Of a DNA stretch of 64,000 nucleotides, positions 14,463 to 27,848 are shown piece after piece. A program made the translations under genes and the position numbers. The notes beneath the pieces are model-generated. The model had not been told where the DNA came from and ran no database searches. It worked only from the letters and a program-made list of their open reading frames with translations. The DNA lies in the NCBI GenBank assembly GCA_964016885.1, contig OZ024740.1, positions 5,022,001 through 5,086,000 on the forward strand. Reading direction: 5' to 3'. Numbering within the stretch: position 1 is the stretch's first letter; every line of letters begins with the position of its first letter. The DNA comes from Eledone cirrhosa (taxonomy: Eukaryota).

Positions 14463-14550
14463 TTACAACAACAATTGCTGCTACTGGCCACCAATTATGT
14501 TATTACAACAACAAATCCGCAATCAGTATGTTGATTTTGGTATGGTCCGA

Positions 14551-15522
14551 TTACCTGTACTAGACACAGAGCTCTGGTTAGATACCATTAACAACAAAAA
14601 ACAAATCCTCCATTCCCATTATGCCAAACCCATGACTTCCAAATATCTGATCCACCGAAACTCGGCCGTTTCGGACCATACCAAAATCAACATACTGATT
14701 GCGGATTTGGTACGGGTGATGAGAAATGTGTCCCGCATGTGCAACCCCGAAGAACTAGAGAGACACATACAACACTTCATCCACCGTATGCAGTTCTCTG
14801 GCTACAATCAGATAGATAAAATCAGAGTGTATAGAGGAGCCAGAACCAAATGGGAAAAAATGGTAAATAATGACATAAATGGGACCTGCCCCTTGTATAG
14901 GAGCAAATTTTGGAATAGAATAGAAAGAACTAGGAACAAGGCTAATAGAATAAACTCATGGTATGATAGCAATAAATACCAGAGTGTAATGTTCATCGAT
15001 ACAACCCCTAGAGGTGAATTAGCTTACAAATTTAGAAGGGCTCTAAATAAACATAAACTCAATATTAAGATAGTAGAAAGACCAGGTACCTCCGTAAAAA
15101 CACTTATTAGCAAGACATACCCTTTTCAAAGACCCTCATGTATAGATAAGAAATGTATAACCTGTAAATTAAGCCCCCATATTAACTGTAAAACTAGAAA
15201 TGTAGTGTATAGCATAAGATGTACTGAAGGACAATGTAGAGACAAAAATATAGTGTACATAGGTGAGACAGCTCGTAGTGTAGGGGAACGGATAAATGAA
15301 CACTGGCGGGACCTTCAAGATAGTAAAGAATCATCTGTACTCTACCAACATGCTAAAATAGAACACAAGGGTAAATTAGAGAACATAGAAATAAAAATAG
15401 AATCTACACACAGAAAAGACGCAATGTTTAGACAAATTACAGAGGCAATAAACATAAAAGAATTACAACCAAAATTAAATAGAAAATATGAGTGGAACAG
15501 CAACATCACAACTTACAATTAA
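14551..15522 (+). pseudogene. PLE RT C-terminal part + GIY-YIG endonuclease (5'-truncated, frame open)
   Basis: LPVLDTEL...HYAKPM (RT motif 7/thumb); CIDKKCITC..C linker; NVVYSIRC...YIGETARSVGERINEH; RQITEAINI; LNRKYE. Confidence 0.9.
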
Positions 15523-15721
15523 GGACAAAATGAAAACACACACACACATAGAACAAACAACCAACCAGTAACATGTAAATAAACAAATAAATAAATGAAC
15601 ATAAACACACAGACACCCGGATGTGGCGCATGCGCAGACTGAGCACACAACACACACACAGAAACAAAATGGCGTAGGACAGAACAAAGGAGAGGCACAG
15701 AAACAAAGAAAGGAGTCCCCA

Positions 15722-15764
15722 GTCACTGAAGAGGTCACAGAGTGTGTGACGAAAGAACTATGAC
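15722..15764 (+). ncRNA. Minimal type I hammerhead ribozyme
   Basis: GTCA-CTGAAGA-G-GTCACA(GAGTG)TGTGAC-GAAA-GAAC-TA-TGAC; predicted CUA cleavage. Confidence 0.75.
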
Positions 15765-16084
15765 AATATATAAACAACTATCTGGTTGTGGAACCAACCA
15801 AACAACCAGAAATTTATAAATTTATAAATTTATTATAATAAATTGAAGTGAAAGCAACTGGTGCGTGTGTTTCTTATTGGCAACATGACCCTCCCAAAGT
15901 ATAACAATATCGGTTTCAACACACGATTTCAGATAAAGAATCTTGCTAAACAAATTCAGAAACGAAATATATATAGTAATAATAATAAATTTGAAGACTA
16001 AAATCCAAAGAGGGCTCGATAACGATAAATATATATCAAATATATAAGAACCGTAGAGCAAATATTTATTAAATGGAAACTTCA

Positions 16085-16133
<49 letters not shown>

Positions 16134-16491
16134 AAATTAAAGATCAAAATCAAAAACAAAACAAAGTAAAAAAGAGGGACGTGTTGACAACGATAGGCGT
16201 GAGTGTGTGGGGGAGAGGGGGCGGGGGATAAATAAAAACAACTTAAATATAAACAAGTACACAAAATATGCATATACATATATATATATACACATACATA
16301 CACATATACAAATATACATGCATATATACCTATACACACATGCAAACACACACACATATATGTGTCTATATATATATATAAAATAAATATACGTACACAT
16401 ACACATACATGTACATACATATATATATATACATATATAAATATAAATATATATATATATAAATACATATATACACACACACATACAATAC

Positions 16492-16522
<31 letters not shown>

Positions 16523-16852
16523 TATATATACACATACATATATATACACACATGCATACATACATATACACACACATCCACATGCATACACATACAAAAA
16601 CACATTGCACACACTCAACTACGCGCATATACTAAAAAGTACGTAGAAGTATACTTTCTCACATAAGGGTATTTGCGTCTACATAGAAATACGGACAGGA
16701 ACATAAATACATACACATACATAAATACATACACATACATATACACAGATATATACACAGATATATATGCACTCAAAAATGTACACACAGATACGGGCAG
16801 TAGTTAGGAAGCAGGAATAACTAAATAAATAAATAAAACAAAAAATACAACA

Positions 16853-16983
16853 GGCATACGTCAAAACGGCCGGTCTCAAAAGTGAAACTAATTTTTGACA
16901 GTTACGTACACGTTATAAGAGTTATTTAAATTTATATATATAAAATAAAGGAGCAAATAAGAGCATGATATGAAGTCAGTCAC

Positions 16984-17017
<34 letters not shown>

Positions 17018-17325
17018 AAACGAATGTAAAAGAATATATGTAGGGCATAGATAAGGTTTCCTAGAATTTTACACACACACACACATATACACACACACGT
17101 GTATATATTATAGTGTGTATGTGTGCATATATAAGTGTATATGTGTGTGTACTTTTACATTCGTTTACACACACACACACATATATACAGACACATGACT
17201 GACTTCATATCATGCTCTTATTTGCTCCTTTATTTTATATATATAAATTTAAATAACTCTTATAACGTGTACGTAACTGTCAACAATTAGTTTCACTTTT
17301 GAGACCGGCCGTTTTGACGTATGCC
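16853..17325. mobile_element. Merlin-type MITE with ~175-bp inverted arms
   Basis: TIR GGCATACGTCAAAACGGCCGGTCTCAAAAGTGAAACTAA; 9-bp flanks AATACAACA/TATACAACA (8/9); TIR related to the element at 22774. Confidence 0.7.
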
Positions 17326-17328
17326 TAT

Positions 17329-17399
<71 letters not shown>

Positions 17400-17948
17400 G
17401 AGATTCAGTGATTACATCAAAGAATGAGTTTTACACATTTTACACATTTATAATGTGTTTTATAATGAGTTTTACACATTTTACAAATGAGTTTTACAAA
17501 TTTTAAACATTTATAAAATTTATAAAAGTAATACAACTAACCATCAACTTTTAAAACCTAAAATTTTGATTCTTTACCCTAAAATAACATAAATTAAATA
17601 TTTTGAATTTTAACCGCCATGGCTATACATGTTTATATGTGTCCGATGAAAATCCGAGCATAAATTGCTCCCCTTTATCTTTCCCTCTCTTTAATTATCT
17701 ATCAGTTGCATTCTCACGCCAAATACGTCTTCTTCTATAGTCCTATAGTAGTATTTCAGACTTTAAAAACTCTATAACTGTTACATTAAGACGATGTTTT
17801 TCTTACTCACACCCTCTCTATTGATTCTATTACGCTTTCCCATGTTCTCAATATTAGGGTATAAATATTGAGTTTTTCTCATAAATTAATCACTACTTTG
17901 ATTAAATCTTAACCATCTACCATGCCAGGGTATGTCATGTATCATATT

Positions 17949-18013
17949 ATTTTATCTGATGGGGACGTACTGTTGAACCTGATTCAAGTACCTCTGAAAT
18001 ATGTATAATAAAA
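17949..18013 (+). ncRNA. Degenerate hammerhead motif at an orphan PLE-type tail
   Basis: ATTTTAT-CTGATGG-stem II-GAAA-TATGTA-TA-ATAAAAT; one core mismatch; followed by (TA)n. Confidence 0.5.
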
Positions 18014-18054
18014 TTTAATTGATCACAAGAATATCTATTTTGTTAATATTTGAA

Positions 18055-18155
<101 letters not shown>

Positions 18156-18240
18156 ATAATAATAAATTTGAAGACTAAAATCCAAAGAGGGCTCGATAAG
18201 GAAAATATATATCAAATATATAAGAACCGTAGAGCAAATA

Positions 18241-20870
18241 TTTATTAAAATAACAGATTAAAGTTTAAGCAAAGAATCGCTGCTTTCACCCTTAACGGGA
18301 TCTTCTGAAACTAACCCCTCTATTCGGCTTATTAACCCTACGAAGTCCGATTTAGGTAGACTTAGTTAAACGATTCTTGATAGAATTATACCTGAAATTA
18401 GAAGTTTGGCCCCTCTCGCACTGTGGAACAATTCTTTCGCGGTGATTGATTGGTTCAACGGCATATGTAACAAGGAACATTGCCGTTTTATCCAATTCGA
18501 CATCAACAATTACTACTCCTCCATCACTTTACCACTTCTCCTTAGAGCTATCAATTTCGCTAAAACACTCACAGTGGTTAAGGATTTTGAAGTTGATGTC
18601 ATCCTTAATGCCCGAAAGTCGGTGATTAATTTCGACGACTCTATTTGGATTAAAAAATCCAATAGTACCCCATTCGACGTGAGTATGGGCGCCAGTAACT
18701 CTGCGGAGGTTACTGATATTATTGGCCTTTTCATTCTTTTCTCTATCAAGGACGAATTCCCCAACGCGGGCGGTGGTTCGTACCGTGACGATGGTCTTTT
18801 GACCATGACTAAGTGCGGACCTCGTGCTTGCGACAGGTTCAGAAAAGAACTCACAGCCGTCTTTAAAGGCTTCAACCTCTCTATACAGGTTGAGGCCAAT
18901 CTCTCGGTCGTTAATTACCTCGACGTTACCCTCAATTTATTGAATGGGTTGTATTACCCGTATAGAAAGCCGAATGATACGCTTAATTACATAAGTAAGC
19001 ATTCCAACCATCCTGCCAGCATAACCAAGAACCTGGTAAGAAACGTTTCGTTGAGGCTTTCCCGTCTTTCCACCAACGAGCGCATTTTCAACGACCATTC
19101 CACTTATTACAATGAAGCTCTTGCTCGAAGTGGATTTGTCGATAAGGTAGCATATACAGAGTACGAAAATAGACCTAGAAGAAATAGATCCCGTCGCATT
19201 TGTTGGTTTAACCCACCATATAATATGGAGGTGGCCACACCATTAGCTAAGATCTTTCTTTCCCTTATTACGAAGCATTTTCCCCCTACACATAAATATA
19301 GTAACATTTTTAATAGAAATACTATTAAAATTTGTTACTCTACGACTCCTAACCTTGCACATAACATGACAGCTTCAAATTTAGCTAAACTACCTAGCCG
19401 TAGGAACACGTGCAACCCTGTAGTTAGTACTAACTGTAATTGTATGAATCGGGCTGATTGCCCCCTATCCGGGAAATGCCTCTCTAATAACATTGTCTAC
19501 AAATGTAAGGTTGTAACACCCACGTCCCGTAGGGCCTACATAGGGTTAACCGCCAATAGTTTCAAGCAGCGTCTTTACATGTATACCCATTCTTTTCGTT
19601 ACCCTCTAAGAAGGAATATGACGTCACTTTCAGCTTATATCTGGAGTCTAAAAGACAACCACACCCAATATAAGTTACACTGGGAGATCCTAGCTAGGAC
19701 TAGATCGTATAACGGAAATAAAAGACCATGTGACCTCTGCGCCGCTGAGGCCCTGGAAATACTCTACGCTACAGACCACATCTTAAACAAAAAATCTGAG
19801 GCAATTTCGGCTTGTAAACATAAATTGCACAAAACTTTCCTGTATTACAGCCCCACGTTATACCCTAACGGATAGCACGATCTATACGTGGATATTTTAC
19901 GTCTTGATGTGGGAGCTAAGTATATGTTTTGTTTATTCCTTTACTTATTTGCATAGGTAAGTATATATTACCCGTATGTTTTGTGAAGGTATGTATACCT
20001 TCTCGTACGTATGTTTGACTGTTATAGCGTATAATTTTTACATATTCTGGTATTTAGGGTTTGGCTATGTGTATACGGGAGTTTTGCGTCCGCGTGAGTG
20101 TGCAGGTTCGTACGTATGGTGGGTGTGTGTATATCTGTACTTCTTGTTTTAGTTGACTTACGTCACCGAACATTCGTGTATTTATATGTAGGTATGCGTG
20201 TGCGCTTGTTATATACGTATTTATTTACTTATATACGTTTATATAATTATTTATTTATTTGTACACAAGCATACACACACACACATATTTATATGTGCGT
20301 GGTTTTGTATACCCATGGTAAGGCTTTGCGTATGCTTGTGTATGTACGTATCTGTTTGCGTGTATGTATTTATTTGTTTCTATTACTTCTGTATTGTATT
20401 TATTTACTTTGTTCTTAACTCTGTAGCGGAGATTCATTTGGTCTCCTAGTTAGAATTTTAGTCTACGATTTCTGCTATACCATTTACGTGGTTTTGTCTT
20501 TGCGTGCTATTGTTCTCCACGCTCCACATATGACTTATTATCTTCGTGTTTTCGTTCATTGCCAGAGAACGTCTCTATGCACCACCTAAGAGAACATTAG
20601 TCTACGACCTCTTTTATACCATAAACGTGGTTTTGTATTTGCGCGTAATTGTTTTTCACCGCTCCTATTAATGACGTATTATTCGTTTTTTCCCGTTCTT
20701 TGCCAGCGAACGTTACCACGAACCAAAGTATCGTCTTCCTGTCTTCCCCCGGTTGCAACGTTTTTTGAAATATCCAGTTCTGCGTTTACAGATTGACTTT
20801 GTTAGTTTCAGAAGATCCCGTTAAGGGTGAAAGCAGCGATTCTTTGCTTAAACTTTAATCTGTTATTTTA

Positions 20871-20875
<5 letters not shown>
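18241..20875 (+). mobile_element. Penelope-like element (Hydra-like family), 5'-truncated, with inverted 3' terminus at its 5' end
   Basis: 18241-18315 is the reverse complement of ~20801-20875; RT + GIY-YIG; ~1-kb 3' UTR ending AATAAA-(TA)n. Confidence 0.85.
18316..19875 (+). pseudogene. PLE RT + GIY-YIG
   Basis: RLINPTKSDLG (then a stop), FIQFDINNYYSSI, MGA, YRDDGL, YLDVTLNL, WFNPPY, CNC..CPL..C, IVY...YIGLT, CDLC. Confidence 0.9.
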
Positions 20876-20908
<33 letters not shown>

Positions 20909-20914
20909 GTATAT

Positions 20915-21116
<202 letters not shown>

Positions 21117-21158
21117 AAGTATATACTTTCGAACGTTCAACTATCTGGCAGATGGGTA

Positions 21159-21203
21159 AACGGTGCTGATGATAGCTAACAAGCTTGAAACTAGTACATC
21201 GTT
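21159..21203 (+). ncRNA. Type I hammerhead ribozyme
   Basis: AACGGTG-CTGATGA-TAGCT(AACA)AGCTT-GAAA-CTAG-TA-CATCGTT; 7-bp stem I, palindromic stem III, GUA site. Confidence 0.85.
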
Positions 21204-21372
21204 CCTGTGTCAGTGTTGAACAAAAAGGTGACGTGGTTGCCTTAACACCGTATGGCATAAATTCAGGCTGTTCTGTTTGTTGACAAACAAACGAACAAAG
21301 CTGCGTTATAATAAACGTCGGCTAAACTGATGCGTGCATATATGTATGTGTACCTGTGTGCATATATGTATA

Positions 21373-21452
<80 letters not shown>

Positions 21453-21696
21453 CATATATGCATGCTACTGTACGTCTGTATACATATATGTATGTACGTA
21501 TACATACATACTTACATTTAAGTAAGTGCCATACTAAGAGTGAGAAATGAAATTTCGTTTTCATTTTTTTCAACTTATCGTTTTCGGTATGCCTGACCGA
21601 TTTAACTCACTCAATATGCAAATTAGGCTGCTCAGCCGTTAATTTTCATAAGGAAAGTATATACTTTCGAACGTTCAACTATCTGGCAGATGGGTA

Positions 21697-21741
21697 AACG
21701 GTGCTGATGATAGCTAACAAGCTTGAAACTAGTACATCGTT
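21697..21741 (+). ncRNA. Type I hammerhead ribozyme (identical second copy)
   Basis: Same sequence 538 nt downstream. Confidence 0.85.
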
Positions 21742-21910
21742 CCTGTGTCAGTGTTGAACAAAAAGGTGACGTGGTTGCCTTAACACCGTATGGCATAAAT
21801 TCAGGCTGTTCTGTTTATTGACAAACAAACGAACAAAGCTGCGTTATAATAAACGTCGGCTAAACTGATGCGTGCATATATGTATGTGTACCTGTGTGCA
21901 TATATGTATA

Positions 21911-21956
<46 letters not shown>

Positions 21957-22074
21957 TGCATGCTACTGTACGTCTGTATACATATATGTATGTACGTATA
22001 CATACATACTTACATTTAAGTAAGTGCCATACTAAGAGTGAGAAATGAAATTTCGTTTTCATTTTTTTTCAACT

Positions 22075-22162
<88 letters not shown>

Positions 22163-22444
22163 AAAGTAAAGATAAAAATAAAAAATGAAATAAAGTAAAA
22201 AAGGAGGGACGTGTTAACAACGATAAGTGTGAGTGTGTGTGTGTGGGGGATAAATAAAAACAACTTAAATATAAACAAATACACAAGATAAGCATATACA
22301 TATATATATACACATACATACACATTTTCAAATATACATGCATATATACCTATACACACATGCAAACAGACACACGTATATATGTCTATATATATATATA
22401 AAATAAATATACGTACACATACATGTGCATATATATATATATAC

Positions 22445-22499
<55 letters not shown>

Positions 22500-22773
22500 T
22501 ACACACACACACACACACATATATATACACACATACATATACACACACATCCACATGCATACACATACAAAAAAACACTACAATAAATTAGATAAATGAA
22601 TCTCAAAGGTACATAACCCCCGTACATACGTACACATACGCGTGCGCCCACACGCTCGCAATAAGAAATCAACACACGCTTACAAATAAACATATACGTA
22701 AATCCATACACATATATATACACATATATACACATATACACAAAAACATATATACAAACACATACATACATAT

Positions 22774-23314
22774 GGCATAGGTAAAATATAACGTTCGAGA
22801 AAGTGAAACTAATTTTTATGACAAGTGAATGTGTTTGTTTTTTAGTATTGCGTGTGTGATTATTTTTCTTTTTCTTTTTTTGTGTATTGTGTGTACGGAA
22901 AATTAGACGTACCTTATCAACATCCTTATTGGACCGTATAAATAGCTGAAATACAGTTGATCATCTCGCCAACCTAATGTGCACACACAACTCATAGAGA
23001 ACACTTGGAGCCGTGCGAAGAAAAAGCTCCGTCGACAACATGGGACAAGCGACGATTTATTCCCCTCGTATTTAGCTGAATTTCTTTGGCGGCAGAGAGT
23101 TGGTGCCAACAAATTTGGCGAGATGATCAACTGTATTTCAGCTATTTATACGGTCTAATAAGGATGTTGATAAGGTACGTCTAATTTTCCGTACACACAA
23201 TACACAAAAAAAGAAAAAGAAAAAATAATCACACACGCAATACTAAAAAACAAACACATTCACTTGTCATAAAAATTAGTTTCACTTTCTCGAACATAAT
23301 ATTTTACTTATGTC
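22774..23314. mobile_element. Merlin (IS1595/ISXO2-like) foldback MITE
   Basis: ~200-bp inverted arms starting GGCATAGGTAAAATATAACGTTCGAGAAAGTGAAACTAA; 9-bp direct flanks CATACATAT; transposase remnant inside. Confidence 0.75.
22973..23158 (+). pseudogene. Merlin/ISXO2-like transposase C-terminal remnant (absent from the ORF track)
   Basis: Manual translation PNVHTQLIENTWSRAKKKLRRQHGTSDDLFPSYLAEFLWRQRVGANKFGEMINCISAIYTV*; HT..IE..W and YL.EF.WR motifs. Confidence 0.8.
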
Positions 23315-23329
23315 CATACATATATACAA

Positions 23330-24112
23330 ATACATATAAACAAATATATACATACATATATATATGTATATATACACACACACACATACATAAATATAAA
23401 AACACGTATATATGTAAGTACACATAAGCCTGTCTGCAGATGCACCCACATATAACCTTATGCGAGTACACTTAAAAACCGAGTGGGTAAGTAAGGACAA
23501 GGGGGAGTAAGAAATAAAATAATAAAAACAATTATTAAGAACAGGTAAGGGAGAAAAGGGGTGTAAAAGTTGTAGTAGAGAGTAAGTGTTTATGATGAGA
23601 TCTGGATAAGGGTATATAGTTAAAAAGTGATCTAGGTAAAGGATAAAGGTGGTGGGTGTGTATGTATTAAAGGTATGGTAGATAGGAGGGGGTGGAATAT
23701 AAGACAAATGATATATAGAAAGAGATGAGGGAGAAAAAGTATATATCGGTAGAAAGTATGTGTTCATAAGATGATGATATTGGTAGTGAATGGAAGGCGT
23801 GATAAGTAAAGAAGAAGCTCAAGGTGGTTGAGTAATCGTTGGTATGTTAATCCAGTTAAAAAGTAGATGCGATTTCAGGTGCGGACAACATCTAAAGATC
23901 TCGGTCTTAGAGTTGAGACAAGTGGGAGGGGTTTTCAAGTTTTGGAGTATTCTAAATTTTTCCGTAGTACACAAAGAACATTTTTTGTGCCCCTTTGGTA
24001 TTCTCTTGAATGGTCTAAAATAGACCAATCAATAGTGTACGGAAGGTTTTGTCTTTGAACTCCCACACTCTATTTGCCAGTGCCGTTGCTGTTCTTTTTT
24101 CAGGGTGTTTGA
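23330..24112 (-). mobile_element. PLE 3' fragment (end of GIY-YIG + 3' UTR)
   Basis: CSLCTTEK...LNSKTEIFRCCPH; diverged paralogue of 24800-25090. Confidence 0.7.
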
Positions 24113-25300
24113 AAGAAGGGAGAAAGAGAATACGAGAGTACAGAAGGTGAATTCAGAAGGTAAAAAAACCGTAGTGGATGTGAGGCGTAGATATATAGAC
24201 AAAGAGTCTTGCCATCCCCCTATAGTTTTAAAAAATCTTATTCCCAACATTAGCCGCAGGATTTCCACCTTATCTTCGTCTCTAGACATTTTTAATAAAG
24301 CCGCCCCTTATTATAATAAAGCCCTTAATAACAGCGGATTTATAGAACAAATTAATTATTTACCTACTCCGCCCCCCCCCCTAAAACTAACCACAATAAT
24401 AGGAAAAGGAAAAGAAAATGATTTGGTTTCCACCCCCCTTCTCTCTAACTGTCAAAACTAATGTAGAAAGGAAATTCCTTGACCTCTTAGATAAACATTT
24501 TCCTCCTAATCATAGATATTATAAGATATTTAATAGAAATGTAGTTAAGATCAGTTACTCTTGTTGCTCATCAATGAAGTCTAAGATCACTAATTCAAAT
24601 CGTACGAGAACAAATCCAGGATGCAGTTGCAGGAAGCCGGATGAATGCCCATTACAGGGCAAATGTAACACCAAATCCGTTGTATATGAGGCCAAAGTGA
24701 CACCTTTAATCAACAACCAGCCAGCCAGGAGTGAGCGATATGTTAGCATGACCCAGGACAGGTTTAAAACCAGGTTTTATGCACATGTCGCTTCTTTTAA
24801 GCACTCCGATAAAAGAACAGCAACGGCCCACGCAAGTAAGGTGCGGTAATTCAAGGATAAAAATATCCCGTACTCTATCGATTGGTCTATTTTAGACCAT
24901 TCGAGGGATTACCAAAGGGGCACAAAGAATGTTCTTTGTGTACCACTGAAAAATATAGGATTTTACAAAACTTGAAAGCCACTTCTGCTTGCCTGAACTC
25001 AAAGACCGAGATCTTCAGATGTTGTCCTCACCTGAAATCACATCTGATCTGTAACTGGATTGACATTCCTACGATAACTCAACCACCTTGAACTCCTTCT
25101 CTGCCCTCTACGCCTCATATCCACTACGGTTTTTTTACCTTCTGAATTCACTTTCTGAACTCTCGTATTCTCTTTCTCCCTTATCTCCCCTTATATTTAA
25201 ACAGTTTCCTATGTCATTTATTTTCCTTATTTTCCCCCTACTTTCTGCCTTACTCTTCACATACCCAATTTATTTATTTTTTTATTTTTATATATTTATT
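24113..25300 (+). mobile_element. Degenerate PLE fragment (Hydra-like) with a 5' inverted piece
   Basis: HPPIVLKN...APYYNKAL, IWFPPPFS, CSC..CPL..C, VVYEAKV; frameshifted; 24113-24190 is the reverse complement of ~25105-25180. Confidence 0.8.
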
Positions 25301-25337
25301 TTTGTGTGTGTGCGTGTGTGTTGCGTATATGTGTGTA

Positions 25338-25409
<72 letters not shown>

Positions 25410-26170
25410 AGTATATATATATGTGTATGTATATGTGTGTGTATGTATGTTTATATTTATCTGTATGTATATATATATGTATATATAATTGTATTTTATA
25501 TGCTTATGTTGTATTTGTGCGTGTGGGTATATATATATATATATGTATATGTATGTGTATATATATATATATGTATATATATGTGTGTATGTATGTGTGT
25601 ATATATAGATTTAATGTGTGTGTGTGGGCGTGTGTATATTTGTGCGTGTATATGTATTTTTATATAATGGTTTTGTGTGTATTTATATAATAGCCTCAGA
25701 AACGGCTTGAGCTCTTTTTCCTATGTGTGTGTATATATATATGCGTATATGTATGTATGTGTATGTATGTGTGCGTTTATTTATGTGGTTGTGTTTGTGT
25801 GTGTATGTATATATATGTGTATATGTATATATATATGTATATGTATGTGTGTGTGTATATGCATAATTTACATACAGTGATTTAATGCTTATTTTCATTG
25901 ATCAATTGCTCCAGGAACTTGTTGAGTGCTCTAAATCAGCTATAAATATTTATACCCTTTTCTAATTATTCTTTTATTTGTTATTTGTCGTATTCCCAAC
26001 TTTTTTTTTTTTTATATATACAATATTTATGTTTGTTTATATATATAATATTTATGTTTTTTCTTATATATATATATGTGTGTGTGTGTGTATATGTATG
26101 CATGTGTGTGTGTATATATATATGTGTGTGTAGGTATATATATATATATATATATATGTTTGTGTATATA

Positions 26171-26210
<40 letters not shown>

Positions 26211-26335
26211 AGAGTTAAACAAGGTTCATATGAATACATCTAAGAATGAGTTTTACACACACACATATGTGTGTGTTTGTTTTTGTATGTGTGTGTTTGT
26301 GTTATGTATGTATATGTATGTGTATGTATGTATGG

Positions 26336-26423
<88 letters not shown>

Positions 26424-26812
26424 ATATATGTATATGTGTGTGTGTGTGTATATATATATGTGTATGCGTATGTATGTGTATGTGTGAGAGTGTGTGTATG
26501 TATTTATTTTTACGTATGTATGTGTACGTGCAATTGTGTGTGTTCATTTATTTGTTGTCTGTATCGCTGTCAACACTATAATAATTTTTATATTCATTTT
26601 TATTCTTATGTGACGGTAGTTTTATTATATTTTTATTATAATTATTTGTGTGTGTGAGTATGTAGGTGTGTGTACATATTTCTATATTTGTGCATGCGTA
26701 TGTATGCGTGTATATATGTGTGTATGTATGTGTATGTATGTACGTGTGTATATATGTATGATTGTGTGTATGTATGTGTATATATATATATATGTATGTA
26801 TGTGTTTGTATG

Positions 26813-26887
<75 letters not shown>

Positions 26888-27274
26888 ATATATATGTATG
26901 TGTGTGTATGTATGTATATATATGTTTATATATATATATATATGCATGTATATGTGTCTGTGTGTGTGTGTATGCATGTTTGTGTATTTGTATGTATGTG
27001 TATGTATGGATATGTTGATAATTATGTGTGTATGTATGTATGTGTATATGTATGTATATGTATATATATACACATATGTGTGTGTGTATATGTGTGTGTG
27101 TATGTATGTGTGTATGTATATATATATGTGTATGTATATAATTGTGTGTGTGTGTGTGCGTGTGCGTGTGCATGTGTGTTTATTTTTCCTTTCCTTCTTC
27201 CTTTTCCAGCCTCACTTTCATATAGATTATATTTTTGTTTTTAAAATCCAATGCCAATAAATACACCAGGATTT

Positions 27275-27332
27275 TTTCATTCTGATTGAAAGCAAAATTT
27301 GTTTGCTTTTAAGAAACCACTGGTAAATGAAA
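27275..27332 (+). ncRNA. Hammerhead motif with a 1-nt core insertion
   Basis: TTTCATT-CTGATTGA-AAGCAAA..TTTGCTT-GAAA-CCACTGG-TA-AATGAAA; same tail family as 32617. Confidence 0.55.
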
Positions 27333-27419
27333 TAATTGCCTTATGTTGTTTATTACATAACTATATATATATAGCGATATGTGCTTTTACGATTCTCTAG
27401 AGAGGCCGGAAGATAGGTA

Positions 27420-27464
27420 AATATTGCTGATGAGTTGTAACAACAACGAAACTAGTTCAATATT
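27420..27464 (+). ncRNA. Type I hammerhead ribozyme
   Basis: AATATTG-CTGATGA-GTTGT(AACA)ACAAC-GAAA-CTAG-TT-CAATATT; GUU site. Confidence 0.85.
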
Positions 27465-27686
27465 CCTTGTCTGGCTTTCTGGAGAATAGAGGAAAGGTGT
27501 TTCCTCAAAAACCAGTATGACTCTAAAAACCGGTTTGTCTGTGTGTTTACATACAGAATAGCTGGCCACTCACAGTAAAGTGATCAGTGAAAAAAAAACT
27601 TGGTACATCTACATATGTATACGTGTGTGTATTCATATACATACTAGTATTTCAGTATACATATATGGATGTACATCTTTGACTTA

Positions 27687-27717
<31 letters not shown>

Positions 27718-27848
27718 AATGTAGGAGGTGAGTTTTATTGTAGTACAATAAAGCAATGCAGATATCAGATAAGAAGCACTCTACAGTTTGTAGGACTGGA
27801 GTATACATAATATATTAGAACAAAAGATGGTTAAAAGAGTTCCATGTA

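Larger units (their letters stand above)
14512..15968 (+). mobile_element. Penelope-like element, 5'-truncated (Naiad-like family), with a 39-bp 5' inversion
   Basis: RT thumb, Cys linker and GIY-YIG; HHR in tail; ends at (TA)n; 14512-14550 is the reverse complement of 14671-14709; clade name from memory of motifs. Confidence 0.85.
21117..22075 (+). mobile_element. ORF-less 538-bp tandem unit (~1.8 copies), each with an HHR; candidate non-LTR retrozyme
   Basis: 21117-21654 repeated from 21655, nearly identical except for internal (TA)n length; flanked by (TA)n. Confidence 0.7.
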
